The notes under the pieces: model-generated | What the model was told of the DNA's origin: nothing | The model's input: only the letters and a program-made list of their open reading frames with translations | Database searches by the model: none | Made by a program: the position numbers and the translations under genes | Part shown: in pieces, positions 1 through 10,842 of the stretch | How the letters are laid out: each line of letters begins with the position of its first letter | Numbering within the stretch: position 1 is the stretch's first letter | Assembly (NCBI GenBank): GCA_963744145.1 | Contig: CAVUSO010000001.1 | Location: 3,264,001-3,328,000, forward strand | Length of the DNA: 64,000 nucleotides | Origin: an uncultured cyanobacterium | GTDB lineage: Bacteria; Cyanobacteriota; Cyanobacteriia; Cyanobacteriales; CAWUOF01 | Reading direction: 5' to 3'

Positions 1-542
1 TTTCTAGGGAGTATCCTGACCTCTCTAAGAGACTCAAAATCTAGGTTAGTTGGCATTGGTAGGAAAAATTCTTTGATGCCAAACCAAGCATTGACCTGTA
101 ATCCTAAAGGGAATCTAATCTTTCCATCAATTAACCTTAGTGACCGTTTAGGATAGGCAACTAATTGATACCCCGGTTTTCGATAATTGGGTAGTTTGGG
201 TCTAGTTTCAAGTTGACCACTTAGCCACAACCCCCGTAACTTGGCAAAAGAGCTAATTGACTCTCCCACTGAGATACAAGTTTGCACTGCTGCATCTGAG
301 GGTAGTGCAGAGAAATGCACATTTTCCGTAAGATTCCTTACTATGTCAAACTTGGTGACGTATTGGTGAGCTTTAAACCACATTTGACGCGCATAGTAGG
401 TAGCACAATTGTGGAGTTTGTTCGACTCCGAGCAAATAAATTCAAGAATTGCTTTTAACTCTGGTTCAGCATTGATCAAATTTTGCTGAACACCTAACGG
501 TACTTTGGTTTTTTTTGGCGTCTTACTTCTAGCTTTAGCCAC
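1..542 (-). CDS. tnpB: IS200/IS605 family TnpB (OrfB), 5' part; runs off the window start
   Basis: Manual translation from GTG at 542: MAKARSKTPKKTKVPLGVQQNLINAEPELKAILEFICSESNKLHNCATYYARQ...KLPNYRK...EVRILPR, typical of a cyanobacterial TnpB N-terminus; divergent from tnpA. Missing from the ORF track because it is truncated. Confidence 0.9.
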   Translation of the reverse strand, partial: MAKARSKTPKKTKVPLGVQQNLINAEPELKAILEFICSESNKLHNCATYYARQMWFKAHQYVTKFDIVRNLTENVHFSALPSDAAVQTCISVGESISSFAKLRGLWLSGQLETRPKLPNYRKPGYQLVAYPKRSLRLIDGKIRFPLGLQVNAWFGIKEFFLPMPTNLDFESLREVRILPR

Positions 543-571
543 TTTCTTTCCTTTTCTATCTTGTTATTAAC

Positions 572-600
572 AGCATAACGTAGTATAGTTGATTTGTCAA
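572..600 (-). promoter_or_regulatory. sigma70-like promoter for tnpB
   Basis: Minus strand TTGACA-17 nt-TATGCT about 30 bp upstream of the tnpB start. Confidence 0.6.
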
Positions 601-620
601 CTTATATCTACAATCTTTTT

Positions 621-1028
621 ATGCTAAATTTACCGGAATACAAAACCCACAATCACGTCAAGTTCCTGCTTAACTACCATTTTGTATTTATCCCTAAGCG
701 TCGCCGTCCAGTTCTAGTCGGCGATATAGCAACTAGAATCCGTCAGATATTTTTAGCTTTGGCAATAGAGAAAGGTTGGGATATTTTAGCCTTAGAAGTT
801 GCCCCAGATCATGTACATCTATTTGTGGCAGTTAAACCGACAGACACCCCCGCACTGGTGGTTAAAGCATTTAAAGGAAGGTCAAGTAATTATCTAAGAA
901 AAGAGTTTCCACAATTATTAAAATTACCTAGTCTTTGGACAAGCAGTTATTTTGTAAGCACAGCAGGTAATATTAGTAGTGAAGTGGTTAAGAAATACAT
1001 AGAAGACCCACACCACTCCGCTAATTGA
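621..1028 (+). CDS. tnpA: IS200/IS605 family Y1 (HUH) transposase TnpA
   Basis: YHFVFIPKRR, HUH motif DHVHL, LWTSSYFVST and catalytic Y in KKYIE; ATG 621 is more likely than TTG 594. Confidence 0.95.
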   Translation: MLNLPEYKTHNHVKFLLNYHFVFIPKRRRPVLVGDIATRIRQIFLALAIEKGWDILALEVAPDHVHLFVAVKPTDTPALVVKAFKGRSSNYLRKEFPQLLKLPSLWTSSYFVSTAGNISSEVVKKYIEDPHHSAN

Positions 1029-1107
1029 AGAAATATTTACTGGCGGTTAAAACCGCACGAGCCGTTTCCCTCCCAGTTCTAAAGAACTGAGTTTCCCACT
1101 TACCGAG

Positions 1108-1433
1108 TTATTTCTATGAGGTTGATCCCCGCGTTTAGCTGTAAAATATCCAATAAAACAGACAGTAGCACCATGACAGTTTGGTACTGTTCCTATATCA
1201 ACTTGATAACTATTCTGATCGCCACTACTGGTTACATAAATTTTGAACCTAAACTCAGGCAAATGACTTGGTAATCGAATTGGTACTTCAGTTTGTCTTT
1301 CAAGACTGGGAAGAATTGAGCTGAAAATTTCAGCAGGCTGTTCAGAAGCTAATAACTGAGAGGCAAATACCCCGACCAAAAGTGTTCCGATGAAAGTCGG
1401 TATGGCTGTAGAGTTTAACGGTTTCATGGACAT
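1108..1433 (-). pseudogene. Secreted hypothetical protein interrupted by the IS605 element
   Basis: Signal-peptide-like N-terminus and a C-x4-C motif; the last ~20 codons of ORF 1047-1433 come from the IS left end. Confidence 0.7.
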
Positions 1434-1697
1434 TTCCTAGCGATTTTGGTTCACTAACCATATAGTATTTGAAAATAACTTCAATATTTCATTAGGAGTT
1501 AACTCATACATCACTCTAGCCTCTTTTGTCAAACTGGGATGAAACCTTGATTTCTCGTTGACTAAAATGACGAAATATGCTATTAAAGATAGGATAGGTG
1601 CTTTTCAGGATTATGTCAAGCAAAATCTCTCAATACCTATGCAAAGATTGACCAAGATTGCTTTTTTGATCAATGCGATCGCTATATTTCAAAAAGA

Positions 1698-4600
1698 TTA
1701 AAGTGCCTCACCCATTAAAGTAAATCCCGCCCAATATTTAGGTTGAGGATATTTTTTCATAGTGTTTAACATCGCTTGTCTTAACGCTTGGGCTTGATCG
1801 GGGTTTTGTTTAAGTTGGTTGTAAAAGTCTGACATTAAATAACTGGTGGATTCATCACTCACAGACCATAGAGAAACAATTATGCTAGCAGCTCCCGCAC
1901 TGATGAGCGATCGCGATAATCCAATCACTCCGTCACTAGTTAATTTACCCCGTCCCGTGTTGCAGGCACTTAATACTACTAATTGCGCTTTGAGTTTTAG
2001 GTCTAAGATTTCGCTAGAGCTGAGTAGACCATCATCCTTGTCGGTTGGAGTTAGGGCGATCGCGCCTGGCAAACCTTGTTTTTGGATTTCATAAAGTAAT
2101 CCATGTGTTGCGAGATGAATAATATTTGATTTTTGCATCTGTTGAGTAATAAATGCTTTAGTTGCTTGAGCGCCAATGATGGGTTTAGTATTGAGTATTT
2201 GAGATACAGTTTTGGCTTCTGCTTCTGAATGGGGAAGCGGCTCTAATTGTCGGATATCACCCGAAATATTAACTTTAGGCATAATGGGATTTCCCATTAC
2301 GGTTATGTTCGATAAGGGTGATTGCTTGATGTTTTGGTGTTGTGTATGCGTGAGTTGTAAAATCTGAATAGATGGAGCAGTTAAAATGGTATGTTTTTCA
2401 ATCAGATATTTACCTTCTTCGTCTTGCAATGCTGCAAAAGGAACTAGGAATAAAGACTGATGAGGAATAAAGATAACTTTATCATTAGGATTTGTGGGTA
2501 ATAAATCAACGATTGGTTTTATTAGTATTTTATACATTTTCTGGTTACATAGACGTGGTAAAACGCAGAGTTGAGGTTTAGTAGTAATTATTTGTTGATT
2601 AGTCGAATTATTATCTGTTATCCCAACTACTGAACGAGTATTATTTACAAAGTTTGCTAATCCAGAATCAGATGATGGTAATCCTCTAGTAGCAGTTATA
2701 TCTATATGATTTTCAGTAAATTTTGTGAGATTGGTATTAAGAGGTTTTAAGTCAACAGATCGAAAAATAATTTCACCATTAGGCTTAATTACCCAAATAT
2801 ATAAAAATTCACCATCAATAACTGAATATTCAACAAGTGTTGAGTTTTGTTCAGATGCAATTCGTTGAATTTCCTGAATATTAGGGGAATTTATAGTACG
2901 CTCAACTGATGAAGATAAATGAGATGCTAATAATTCAACAAATGCTCTTGCTCTACCACGTTCGGATATTTCTAAGGCTTCTTTAGTTTTACTCTCAGCA
3001 ACTAATGCTCTTTGTAAATTGATATATGGATTTGTTTGGGTTTCAAATATTGATATTTTGTTAGGATCATTTAATCCATTTCGTAGCGATTCTGAAACAT
3101 TGATACTATCCAATAGTGGCTTTTCAGCATCATTGAAATTGCCTTGTTTGTACAAAGATAATCCCAAATGGTTTAGAACATTACCCTCATTATAACGGTC
3201 TTTAATTTTCTGTGTGATTGCCAATGACTGCTGAAAGTAATCAATAGCTTTGGTATATTGACCGAGAAAACGGTAAGCAATTCCTAGATTGCCCAGAGCA
3301 GCTCCCTCATCATGACGGCTTTTTATTTCTCGTACAATCACCAAATCCTGTTTAAGGTAATCAATAGCTGTGGTGGATTGGCCAAGATAATTGTAAGCAA
3401 TTCCCAGACCGCCGAGAGCATAACCCTCGGTTTGACGGTCTTTAATTTCCCTGGCGATCGCTAATTGCTGTTTAAGGTAATCAATGGCTGTAGTGAATTG
3501 GCCAAGATCATTGTAAGCAATTCCCAGATTGCCCAAAGCAAGACCCTCAGTTCGACGATCTTTGATTTCGCGTGCGATCGCTAATGCCTGTTGATAGTAA
3601 TCAATGGCTGTAGTGAATTGGCCAAGATCATCGTAAGCAATTCCCAGATTGCCCAGAGCAAGACCCTCAGTTTGACGGTCTTTTATTTCCCTGGCGATCG
3701 CTAATGCCTGTTGATAGTAATCAATGGCTGTGGTAAATTGGCCAAGATGATCGTAATTAGCTCCCAGATTGTTCAGAGTAAGACCCTCAGTTTGACGGTC
3801 TTTTATTTCCCTAGCGATCGCTAAGGTCTGTTTATCATAATCAATTGCTGTAGTGTATTGGCCAAGTGCATCGTAAGCATTTCTCAGATTGACTAGAACT
3901 TTAAACTCAATTTGACGATTTTTAATTTCTTGTGCGATCGCCAAACTTTGTTGATAGTAATTAATTGCTTTAGTATAGTCACCGAGAGACTGGTAAGCCC
4001 ATCCGAGATTGTTCAGATCCCAACCCTCAGTTTGACAGTCTTTAATTTCCCTAGCGATTGTCAAGCTTTGCTGTGTATAATTAATTGCTTTGGGATAGTC
4101 ACTCAGATCAAGGTAAGCAAGTCCCAGATTCAACAAAGCGTTACCCTCACCTTGACGGTCTTTAATTTCGCGGGCGATCGCCAAATATTGCTGATAGTAA
4201 TCGATCACTTTCGTATATTGACCGAGAGCATTGTAAGAATTTCCAAGATTGGTGAGAACTTTAAACTCAATTTGATCGTCTTTAATTTCCTGTGCGATCG
4301 CCAAACTTTGTTGATAGTAATTAATTGCTTTAGCATAGTCACCGAGAGACTGGTAAGCCCATCCGAGATTGTTAAGATCCCAACCCTCAGTTTGACGGTC
4401 TTTAATTTCCCTAGCGATTGTCAAGCTTTGCTGTGTATAATTAATTGCTTTGGGATAGTCACTCAGATCAAGGTAAGCAAGTCCCAGATTCAACAAAGCG
4501 TTACCCTCACCTTGACGGTCTTTAATTTCGCGGGTGATCGCCAAATATTGCTGATAGTAATCAATTGCTTTGGCATATTGACCGAGATCATAGTAAGCAT

Positions 4601-4892
4601 TACCTAAATTGCGTATAGTTACTCCCTCATATTTGCGGTCTTTAATTTCCTGATAAATAATTAGCGATTGTTGACATGATTGTAATGCTGCTTGAAATTG
4701 GCTGGTATCATCTTGCTTTTTACATTGCTCTAGTAATCCATCAGCCTCTTCTTTCCGATCCGCAGTTGTCTGAGCTACTGCGGATAAAGAATATATCTTT
4801 AATTTGGTATTAAAGCTAATTGAAAAAGCACTTAGATTTAACCCTACTAATAATGCCGAAATTACAGTCAATCTAATATTTTGCATTTTCAT
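1698..4892 (-). CDS. Exported TPR-repeat plus CHAT (caspase-like) domain protein
   Basis: Signal peptide, about 13 40-aa TPR units, CHAT motifs IHLATHG and VLSACNTG, C-terminal YWAGFTLMG. Confidence 0.93.
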   Translation of the reverse strand: MKMQNIRLTVISALLVGLNLSAFSISFNTKLKIYSLSAVAQTTADRKEEADGLLEQCKKQDDTSQFQAALQSCQQSLIIYQEIKDRKYEGVTIRNLGNAYYDLGQYAKAIDYYQQYLAITREIKDRQGEGNALLNLGLAYLDLSDYPKAINYTQQSLTIAREIKDRQTEGWDLNNLGWAYQSLGDYAKAINYYQQSLAIAQEIKDDQIEFKVLTNLGNSYNALGQYTKVIDYYQQYLAIAREIKDRQGEGNALLNLGLAYLDLSDYPKAINYTQQSLTIAREIKDCQTEGWDLNNLGWAYQSLGDYTKAINYYQQSLAIAQEIKNRQIEFKVLVNLRNAYDALGQYTTAIDYDKQTLAIAREIKDRQTEGLTLNNLGANYDHLGQFTTAIDYYQQALAIAREIKDRQTEGLALGNLGIAYDDLGQFTTAIDYYQQALAIAREIKDRRTEGLALGNLGIAYNDLGQFTTAIDYLKQQLAIAREIKDRQTEGYALGGLGIAYNYLGQSTTAIDYLKQDLVIVREIKSRHDEGAALGNLGIAYRFLGQYTKAIDYFQQSLAITQKIKDRYNEGNVLNHLGLSLYKQGNFNDAEKPLLDSINVSESLRNGLNDPNKISIFETQTNPYINLQRALVAESKTKEALEISERGRARAFVELLASHLSSSVERTINSPNIQEIQRIASEQNSTLVEYSVIDGEFLYIWVIKPNGEIIFRSVDLKPLNTNLTKFTENHIDITATRGLPSSDSGLANFVNNTRSVVGITDNNSTNQQIITTKPQLCVLPRLCNQKMYKILIKPIVDLLPTNPNDKVIFIPHQSLFLVPFAALQDEEGKYLIEKHTILTAPSIQILQLTHTQHQNIKQSPLSNITVMGNPIMPKVNISGDIRQLEPLPHSEAEAKTVSQILNTKPIIGAQATKAFITQQMQKSNIIHLATHGLLYEIQKQGLPGAIALTPTDKDDGLLSSSEILDLKLKAQLVVLSACNTGRGKLTSDGVIGLSRSLISAGAASIIVSLWSVSDESTSYLMSDFYNQLKQNPDQAQALRQAMLNTMKKYPQPKYWAGFTLMGEAL
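3895..4610. repeat. Near-identical 360-bp tandem duplication (3 TPR units) within the TPR array
   Basis: Lines 3901-4200 match 4261-4560 almost base for base; further 120-bp units lie at 3421-3840. Confidence 0.9.
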
Positions 4893-5068
4893 AAAGATTT
4901 ACATCACTAGATAACTATTGAAAGTTGCTACTTAGAATTTTTGGGCAATCGCTTTCAATATGCTAGCAGAAAAACCTTTATTCTTCAAATTGGATTGCAC
5001 TGCGATCGCACTTAATCATTGAACTTTAGGCATAAAACAGCTCTGATGCGAGGGGTGGGATTGTCAAA

Positions 5069-7744
5069 TTAGGCATATCCATATTTTTTGATAAACCAAA
5101 TTTTCACAAATTGAGTCAATCCGCAATAACAAGTTAGGATTAAAGCTAACCAGAGAAAATAAACAGCTGGTAAGGAAACGAACCCTAGACTGGTAGCGAT
5201 CGGAGAAAATGGTATATATATTCCGATCCCCATAACAGTAGCAGTAATCAGCAACATAGGTAAAGAAGCCAAACTTTGGAAAAAAGGAACCTTAGTTGTG
5301 CGAATTACATGAACAATTAATGTTTGAGTCATCAGACTTTCGACAAACCAACCCGTTTGGAACAAAGCTTGATTGTGGACAGAAGTTGCGCCAAAGACAA
5401 ACCACATTAGGGCATAAGTAGCATAGTCGAAAATGGAGCTAATCGGACCGATGAATATCATAAATCGCTGGATATTATCAATTTCCCACTTTGGTGGTTT
5501 AACCAGAGCTTCTTGATCTACATGATCAAAAGGGATACCTGTTTGGGAAAAGTCGTAGAGAAGATTATTGATTAATATCTGCACTGGTTGCATGGGTAAA
5601 AAAGGCAGAATTGCACTGGCACCCAAGACACTAAACATATTGCCAAAATTAGAGCTGGTTCCCATTCTGATATATTTGATTATGTTGGCAAAAGTTTGGC
5701 GACCTTCAATTACTCCAGATTCCAGAACCAACAAGTTTTTTTCTAACAAAATAATATCTGCCGACTCTTTAGCAATATCAACTGCTGTATCAACAGAGAT
5801 CCCCACATCTGCTTCCCGTAAAGCTGCTGCATCATTGATCCCATCTCCCATATATCCCACAATATTACCTTTTTTTCGCAGCACCTGAATAACTTTGGCT
5901 TTTTGGGTGGGAGAAAATTTAGCAAAAATGGTTGTAGTTACCGCAGATTTGGCTAATTCATCATCCGATAAAGACTCAATATCACTACCTAATAAAACTT
6001 GGTGAACAGGTAAGCCAACATCTTTACAGATTTTCCGAGTGATGATTTCATTATCCCCAGTTAAAATTTTTATATCGACTCCATTGCGCTTGAGAGCTTT
6101 AATCGCTTCAGCCGCAGAATCTTTGGGTGGATCGAGAAACGCAATGTTGCCCAACAGAACCAAATCACTCTCATCGGCAATAGCGTAATGTGATTGATCT
6201 GGTGGCATCACTTTGTATGCTACTGCAATTACTCGTAAACCGTCAGAGTTGAGTTTTTGTTGTAAATCAGCAACTTTAGTACGGGCTGACTCATCCATTG
6301 CTATAACCTGGTCATTGACTTTGAGCTGGGTACAGACTTTGAGAACTTCTTCAACTGCACCTTTGCAAATTAGGACGTGCTGTTTTCCTATTTCTTCGAT
6401 GACAACAGACATACGACGACGTACAAAGTCAAAGGGAATTTCATCAAATTTATGGTAGGTTTTCTCCACGTCTAAAGATTTAAGTTCTTGATTTTTTTCA
6501 AGAACAGCGATATCCAATAAATTTTTTAAGCCAGTCTGGTAAAAACTATTAAGATAGGCGTATTTTAGGACATCTTTACTATCTTCACCATAGGGATCTA
6601 AGTGCCTTTGCAAAACAATTTTATCTTGGGTGAGAGTACCGGTTTTATCAGTGCAAAGAATATTCATGGAGCCAAAATCTTGAATCGCATCAATATTCTT
6701 GACAATCACCTTTTTATTAGACATAGCGATCGCCCCCTTTGCTAAATTTGCGGTGACAATCACAGGTAACATTTCTGGAGCTAGTCCTACAGCAACAGAT
6801 AAAGAAAATGTAAATGCTTCAATCCAATTACCTTTAGCCAATCCATTGATCAGAAATACCAGTGGAGCCATAATCATCATAAAGCGTACTAGCAGCATAG
6901 TCACGCCATTCACACCTTTATTAAAGCTTGTTCTTACTCTGCGTCCACTGACAGTTTTAGCCAGTGATGCTAGATAAGTATGACTACCAGTTTGTGCAAC
7001 AACAGCTGTTCCAGAACCACTGACTACAGCAGTACCCATAAAACAGAGATTGACTAGCTCCAGGGGATTTTTCTCCTTATCATCGGGCAGTTCTGCGTGT
7101 TTTTCAGCAGGTAAAGACTCCCCAGTGAGAGTTGACTGACTGAGGAATAAATCCTTCGTATCAATCAACCTGATATCAGCGGGAATCATATCTCCGGCTG
7201 AAAGAAAGATGATATCACCAGGCACCAACAGTTTTACTGCAATTTCTTTTCCTGGTGTTATTCCCTTCTCTTTTTTCGGTGCATCATCTTTAATGGTATC
7301 CTGGCGAATTACTGTTGCTGTTGTACTTACCATTTCCCGCAGTTTTTCAGCGGCTTTGTTAGACTGAAATTCCTGAGAAAAACGCAGCAACCCACCAAAA
7401 ACTACCATCATAAAAATGATCAAGGCAGCTGTTGGACTTCCAGTTAAAAGTGAAACTGTCCCCAGAACAATAAGTAAAAGCGAGAGGGGATTAGTCATCG
7501 CTTTGAACAGTTGAACATACCATTTGATCGGTTTTTCGCGGGCAATCTCATTCAGCCCGGATTTCCCTAACCTCCGGTTAGCTTCAGTCTCACTCAGACC
7601 CGACCGAGAAGTGTCGAATAAGTGCAAAACTCCATCCACATCACGTTGAGCGATATCGATGAGTGCGTTGGATGAATCTACAGATGAATTCGATTTTGGT
7701 TTAGACTGCTTGGATGAATTTACAGTCTGACTTAATAATTTCAT
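5069..7744 (-). CDS. mgtA: Magnesium-translocating P-type ATPase
   Basis: TGES, PEMLP, DKTGTLT and GDGIND motifs; TSSNFGNMFSVL is typical of MgtA/MgtB. Confidence 0.95.
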   Translation of the reverse strand: MKLLSQTVNSSKQSKPKSNSSVDSSNALIDIAQRDVDGVLHLFDTSRSGLSETEANRRLGKSGLNEIAREKPIKWYVQLFKAMTNPLSLLLIVLGTVSLLTGSPTAALIIFMMVVFGGLLRFSQEFQSNKAAEKLREMVSTTATVIRQDTIKDDAPKKEKGITPGKEIAVKLLVPGDIIFLSAGDMIPADIRLIDTKDLFLSQSTLTGESLPAEKHAELPDDKEKNPLELVNLCFMGTAVVSGSGTAVVAQTGSHTYLASLAKTVSGRRVRTSFNKGVNGVTMLLVRFMMIMAPLVFLINGLAKGNWIEAFTFSLSVAVGLAPEMLPVIVTANLAKGAIAMSNKKVIVKNIDAIQDFGSMNILCTDKTGTLTQDKIVLQRHLDPYGEDSKDVLKYAYLNSFYQTGLKNLLDIAVLEKNQELKSLDVEKTYHKFDEIPFDFVRRRMSVVIEEIGKQHVLICKGAVEEVLKVCTQLKVNDQVIAMDESARTKVADLQQKLNSDGLRVIAVAYKVMPPDQSHYAIADESDLVLLGNIAFLDPPKDSAAEAIKALKRNGVDIKILTGDNEIITRKICKDVGLPVHQVLLGSDIESLSDDELAKSAVTTTIFAKFSPTQKAKVIQVLRKKGNIVGYMGDGINDAAALREADVGISVDTAVDIAKESADIILLEKNLLVLESGVIEGRQTFANIIKYIRMGTSSNFGNMFSVLGASAILPFLPMQPVQILINNLLYDFSQTGIPFDHVDQEALVKPPKWEIDNIQRFMIFIGPISSIFDYATYALMWFVFGATSVHNQALFQTGWFVESLMTQTLIVHVIRTTKVPFFQSLASLPMLLITATVMGIGIYIPFSPIATSLGFVSLPAVYFLWLALILTCYCGLTQFVKIWFIKKYGYA

Positions 7745-7765
7745 AAAGTATTTTCCGTTGGATGG

Positions 7766-8197
7766 TTAAATTAGGGCAAAGTGCTGTCTAACCTTCGCTG
7801 CGATCTGACGATCGGTCATCTTGTCAACTGTTTCAATCCCCACAATGCGGTTACCAAGGTTATTTCCTTCAATCCGTTTTTGAAGTTCATCCTTTGCCTC
7901 ACCCGGACCAAATATCAGAATAGACTCTGCATCACGAATACACATAATTACCGCATCATAGTAAATATTGAGATGTTCTGTAAAAGCTCTCTGACGGCTA
8001 TTATCCTCCGGGATCTGAAGTGATTCATAAGGACGACCATTAAGAGGTGAATCACCAGAACGCCGAAGTTGTTTTTCTACTTCCGATATTATCTCTTTTA
8101 TCTCTTCTCCTTTCTCCGTAAGAGCCACGATAATAGTCTTTCTATGGTCAACCCATAGCCCTATTTTTGTCTTCATTGATATCTCCTTTGTTAACAA
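7766..8197 (-). CDS. Host-attachment / bacterial eRF1-like domain protein
   Basis: GLWVDHRK...ILIFGPGEAK...ETVDKMTDRQIAAKVR pattern. Confidence 0.6.
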   Translation of the reverse strand: MLTKEISMKTKIGLWVDHRKTIIVALTEKGEEIKEIISEVEKQLRRSGDSPLNGRPYESLQIPEDNSRQRAFTEHLNIYYDAVIMCIRDAESILIFGPGEAKDELQKRIEGNNLGNRIVGIETVDKMTDRQIAAKVRQHFALI

Positions 8198-8262
8198 ATA
8201 ATACCTATTGTCTTCTCGTAGTCAACTGGCTTTTGCCAGGAATAAATCACAATCAGTTATCT

Positions 8263-8559
8263 CTAATGAGACTTATACGCCTGAAGTTGTGACCGCAATT
8301 GGGCAATTTCCGTCGCCAGATCTAGCACCATTGAGGCTCCCACTAAGTTCAACCCCAAGTCTTGACGCAATCGCCTAATCTGAGCAATTCGAGCAATTTG
8401 GCGTGAATGTAGCATTGATCCGATTGGCTCAATCACACCTAACTCAACATAAGACTGCACTAGTGTAGTTGAAGTCTCAGTCATTAATGCAGCATATTCA
8501 AAGGTATAGAGTTGCTCTCCTTCGAGAGAAAGCACGGTAGTTGAAAGACTGAAGGTCAT
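8263..8559 (-). CDS. cbpM: Chaperone modulator CbpM (MerR-like HTH)
   Basis: [13 protein letters not shown] motif; overlaps the end of the DnaJ-class gene. Confidence 0.85.
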   Translation of the reverse strand: MTFSLSTTVLSLEGEQLYTFEYAALMTETSTTLVQSYVELGVIEPIGSMLHSRQIARIAQIRRLRQDLGLNLVGASMVLDLATEIAQLRSQLQAYKSH

Positions 8560-9521
8560 AACTTAATCTCCTTTAACTGGATACGCGGGTTAAAACTTGT
8601 ATTTGCCTGGATTTTTTCGTAGTATTCTTGTTCAATCGGACTAAGGTCTTTTGGTGTAACAATCTGAAGTTTGATCAATAAGTCACCTCGTCCCCCTTTT
8701 GGCAATGTCCAGCCTTTACCTTGCAGTCGGAGAGATTGTCCCGATCGCACCCCTTTAGGAATTTTCAGCATCACGCTGTCATCAGGAGTCGGTACACTAA
8801 TTTCAGCCCCTAAAACCGCTTCATCAGGGCGAATTGGAACATCACCAACGAGGTGATCTCCTTCAAATCGAAAGAAGGGATGGGGTAACATTTGGATGGT
8901 TAGATACAAATCACCGGGCTGTTGAGAGAATGGACTAGGACGACCTTTACCTTTGATCCGAATTTGACTACCCGGTTTTGCACCTGCGGGAATGCGAACG
9001 TTGATCGTTTGATCGTCAAGTTGGAGTCGCTTTTGAACACCATGAAACGCTTCAGAAAATGTGAGAGCGATCGCAGCAACTGTATCTGGTGCAGGAGCTT
9101 GAGAACGAAATCCGTTACCAGAACCATTAAAACCATCGGTTGCATTCTGATCGGTGTAGTTTCTTTGTCTTGATCCACTTCTTCTGAGTAGATCATTGAT
9201 AAAGGAATCAAAACTATCGTACTGATCAAACTGGTCTGTCGCTACATTAGTTCCTCTGGGTGGTGACGCTTCACTATAACCAGGCTGATTCCAATGCTGA
9301 CCAAACTGATCATACTTCTGTCGTTTTTCTGCATCAGAGAGTACCTCATTTGCTTCGTTTAGGTCTTTAAACTTTGCCTCGGCGTTTTTGTCTTTAGGAT
9401 TGAGATCAGGATGATACTTGCGAGCAAGCTTGCGGTAAGCCCGTTTGATTTCTTCAGGAGTTGCAGTTTTGCTTACTCCTAAAATAGCATAGTAGTCTTT
9501 AAAATCTGTTGCAGTTGGCAT
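8556..9521 (-). CDS. cbpA: DnaJ-class chaperone CbpA (J domain plus DnaJ_C, no zinc finger)
   Basis: DYYAILGV...HPD J-domain and C-terminal DnaJ_C repeats. Confidence 0.9.
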   Translation of the reverse strand: MPTATDFKDYYAILGVSKTATPEEIKRAYRKLARKYHPDLNPKDKNAEAKFKDLNEANEVLSDAEKRQKYDQFGQHWNQPGYSEASPPRGTNVATDQFDQYDSFDSFINDLLRRSGSRQRNYTDQNATDGFNGSGNGFRSQAPAPDTVAAIALTFSEAFHGVQKRLQLDDQTINVRIPAGAKPGSQIRIKGKGRPSPFSQQPGDLYLTIQMLPHPFFRFEGDHLVGDVPIRPDEAVLGAEISVPTPDDSVMLKIPKGVRSGQSLRLQGKGWTLPKGGRGDLLIKLQIVTPKDLSPIEQEYYEKIQANTSFNPRIQLKEIKL

Positions 9522-9721
9522 TATTAACCTCTTGATTCTCTGGCGAAGACGTTGATATTAAAATTTTTAATACATTTTCATACAACTCTTATATTTCAAA
9601 CATTTGCATATACATTATGCCCAATCTACTTATGTTATACTGTTGGAATAAGAAAAATAGTTCACATCTAAATTATTTTCTTTCTCCTGATTTCAAGCTG
9701 ATCTATTGGATCGGTAAAAAT

Positions 9722-10654
9722 ATGACTGATAAACATCACCAGTCTGATTCATCGTCGCACCTATTTACCATCAAAAAATTTGAAGATTTTATTCATCCCT
9801 TTATTGTTTCATCAGGACAGAAAATTTCCCTTGTCAAAGACTACAACCCAGCTTACAAAGCCCATTATCTGAAGAAATCAGAAGCTCAAAGTGAATTGCA
9901 GGAAGGTATTGAGGGTTTAGCCAAATATCAGGATATTCTCTATGCTCAAAATACCTATGCTTTGCTAATTATTTTTCAAGCAATGGATGCTGCTGGTAAA
10001 GACAGTACCATCAAACATGTCATGTCTGGTATCAATCCCCAAGGATGTCAGGTATATAGCTTCAAAATTCCCTCTACAGAAGAATTGGATCATACTTATT
10101 TATGGAGATGCTGCAAAGCTTTACCAGCACAAGGACAAATTGGGATTTTTAATCGCTCATATTATGAAGAAGTGCTAGTAACCCGAGTCCATCCAGAAGC
10201 TCTCAAGCGACAAAACCTCCCGTCTAGTTTAATAGACAAAAATATTTGGAAAAACCGCTTTGACGAAATAAACAGCTTCGAGAAATATCTGGTTCAAAAT
10301 GGGATTATTATCCTCAAATTTTTCCTAAATGTATCTAAAGAAGAACAGAAAAAACGCTTTTTAGAACGAATTAACCTCCCTGATAAGAACTGGAAGTTTT
10401 CTATTAATGATGCTCAGGAGCGTACTTTTTGGAATGACTATATGACTGCCTATGAAGATATGTTCAATCATACCAGCACCACCTGGGCACCCTGGTATAT
10501 TATCCCTGCTGATCACAAATGGTTTACTCGCCTTGCAGTAGCTGGCATAATTTACAATCAGTTAAAGAAACTCAATCTCAAATATCCAGAGGTCAGCGAA
10601 GAAAAACACCAAGAACTTTTACAAGCAAAGGCAATGATTGAAAGCCAGGAATAA
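9722..10654 (+). CDS. ppk2: Polyphosphate kinase 2 family (class III-like)
   Basis: Walker A AMDAAGKDS, FNRSYYEEVL, APWYIIPADHKW; ATG 9722 is the likely start. Confidence 0.92.
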   Translation: MTDKHHQSDSSSHLFTIKKFEDFIHPFIVSSGQKISLVKDYNPAYKAHYLKKSEAQSELQEGIEGLAKYQDILYAQNTYALLIIFQAMDAAGKDSTIKHVMSGINPQGCQVYSFKIPSTEELDHTYLWRCCKALPAQGQIGIFNRSYYEEVLVTRVHPEALKRQNLPSSLIDKNIWKNRFDEINSFEKYLVQNGIIILKFFLNVSKEEQKKRFLERINLPDKNWKFSINDAQERTFWNDYMTAYEDMFNHTSTTWAPWYIIPADHKWFTRLAVAGIIYNQLKKLNLKYPEVSEEKHQELLQAKAMIESQE

Positions 10655-10842
10655 AGCTTTGTTAGCCATATATTGTACCAGAATGTATTAACAATACTTA
10701 GTCTGACACACTTCGATGAGAAATGATGTTTAATCAAGCGTTTGACTAGCGTATAAGTTGTATTTTTTGTACTAAAAGCTTGCAAATTGTTACATTTGAT
10801 CTAATTCGCGCACTAGAGCGGCTTTGATTTTTTGATCTTTAT

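Larger units (their letters stand above)
1..1107 (-). mobile_element. IS605-type element (divergent tnpA/tnpB); left end at about 1107, right end outside the window
   Basis: Subterminal hairpins GCGGTTTTAACCGC and CAGTTCTTTAGAACTG downstream of tnpA; the same end sequence recurs at 57152-57251. Confidence 0.85.

Noticed and set aside
3912..4607. 231-aa plus-strand ORF
   Set aside because: Antisense shadow of the repetitive TPR region.
5040..5067. GGGGTGGGATTGTCAA as a possible IS605 right end
   Set aside because: No accompanying hairpin or matching left end.
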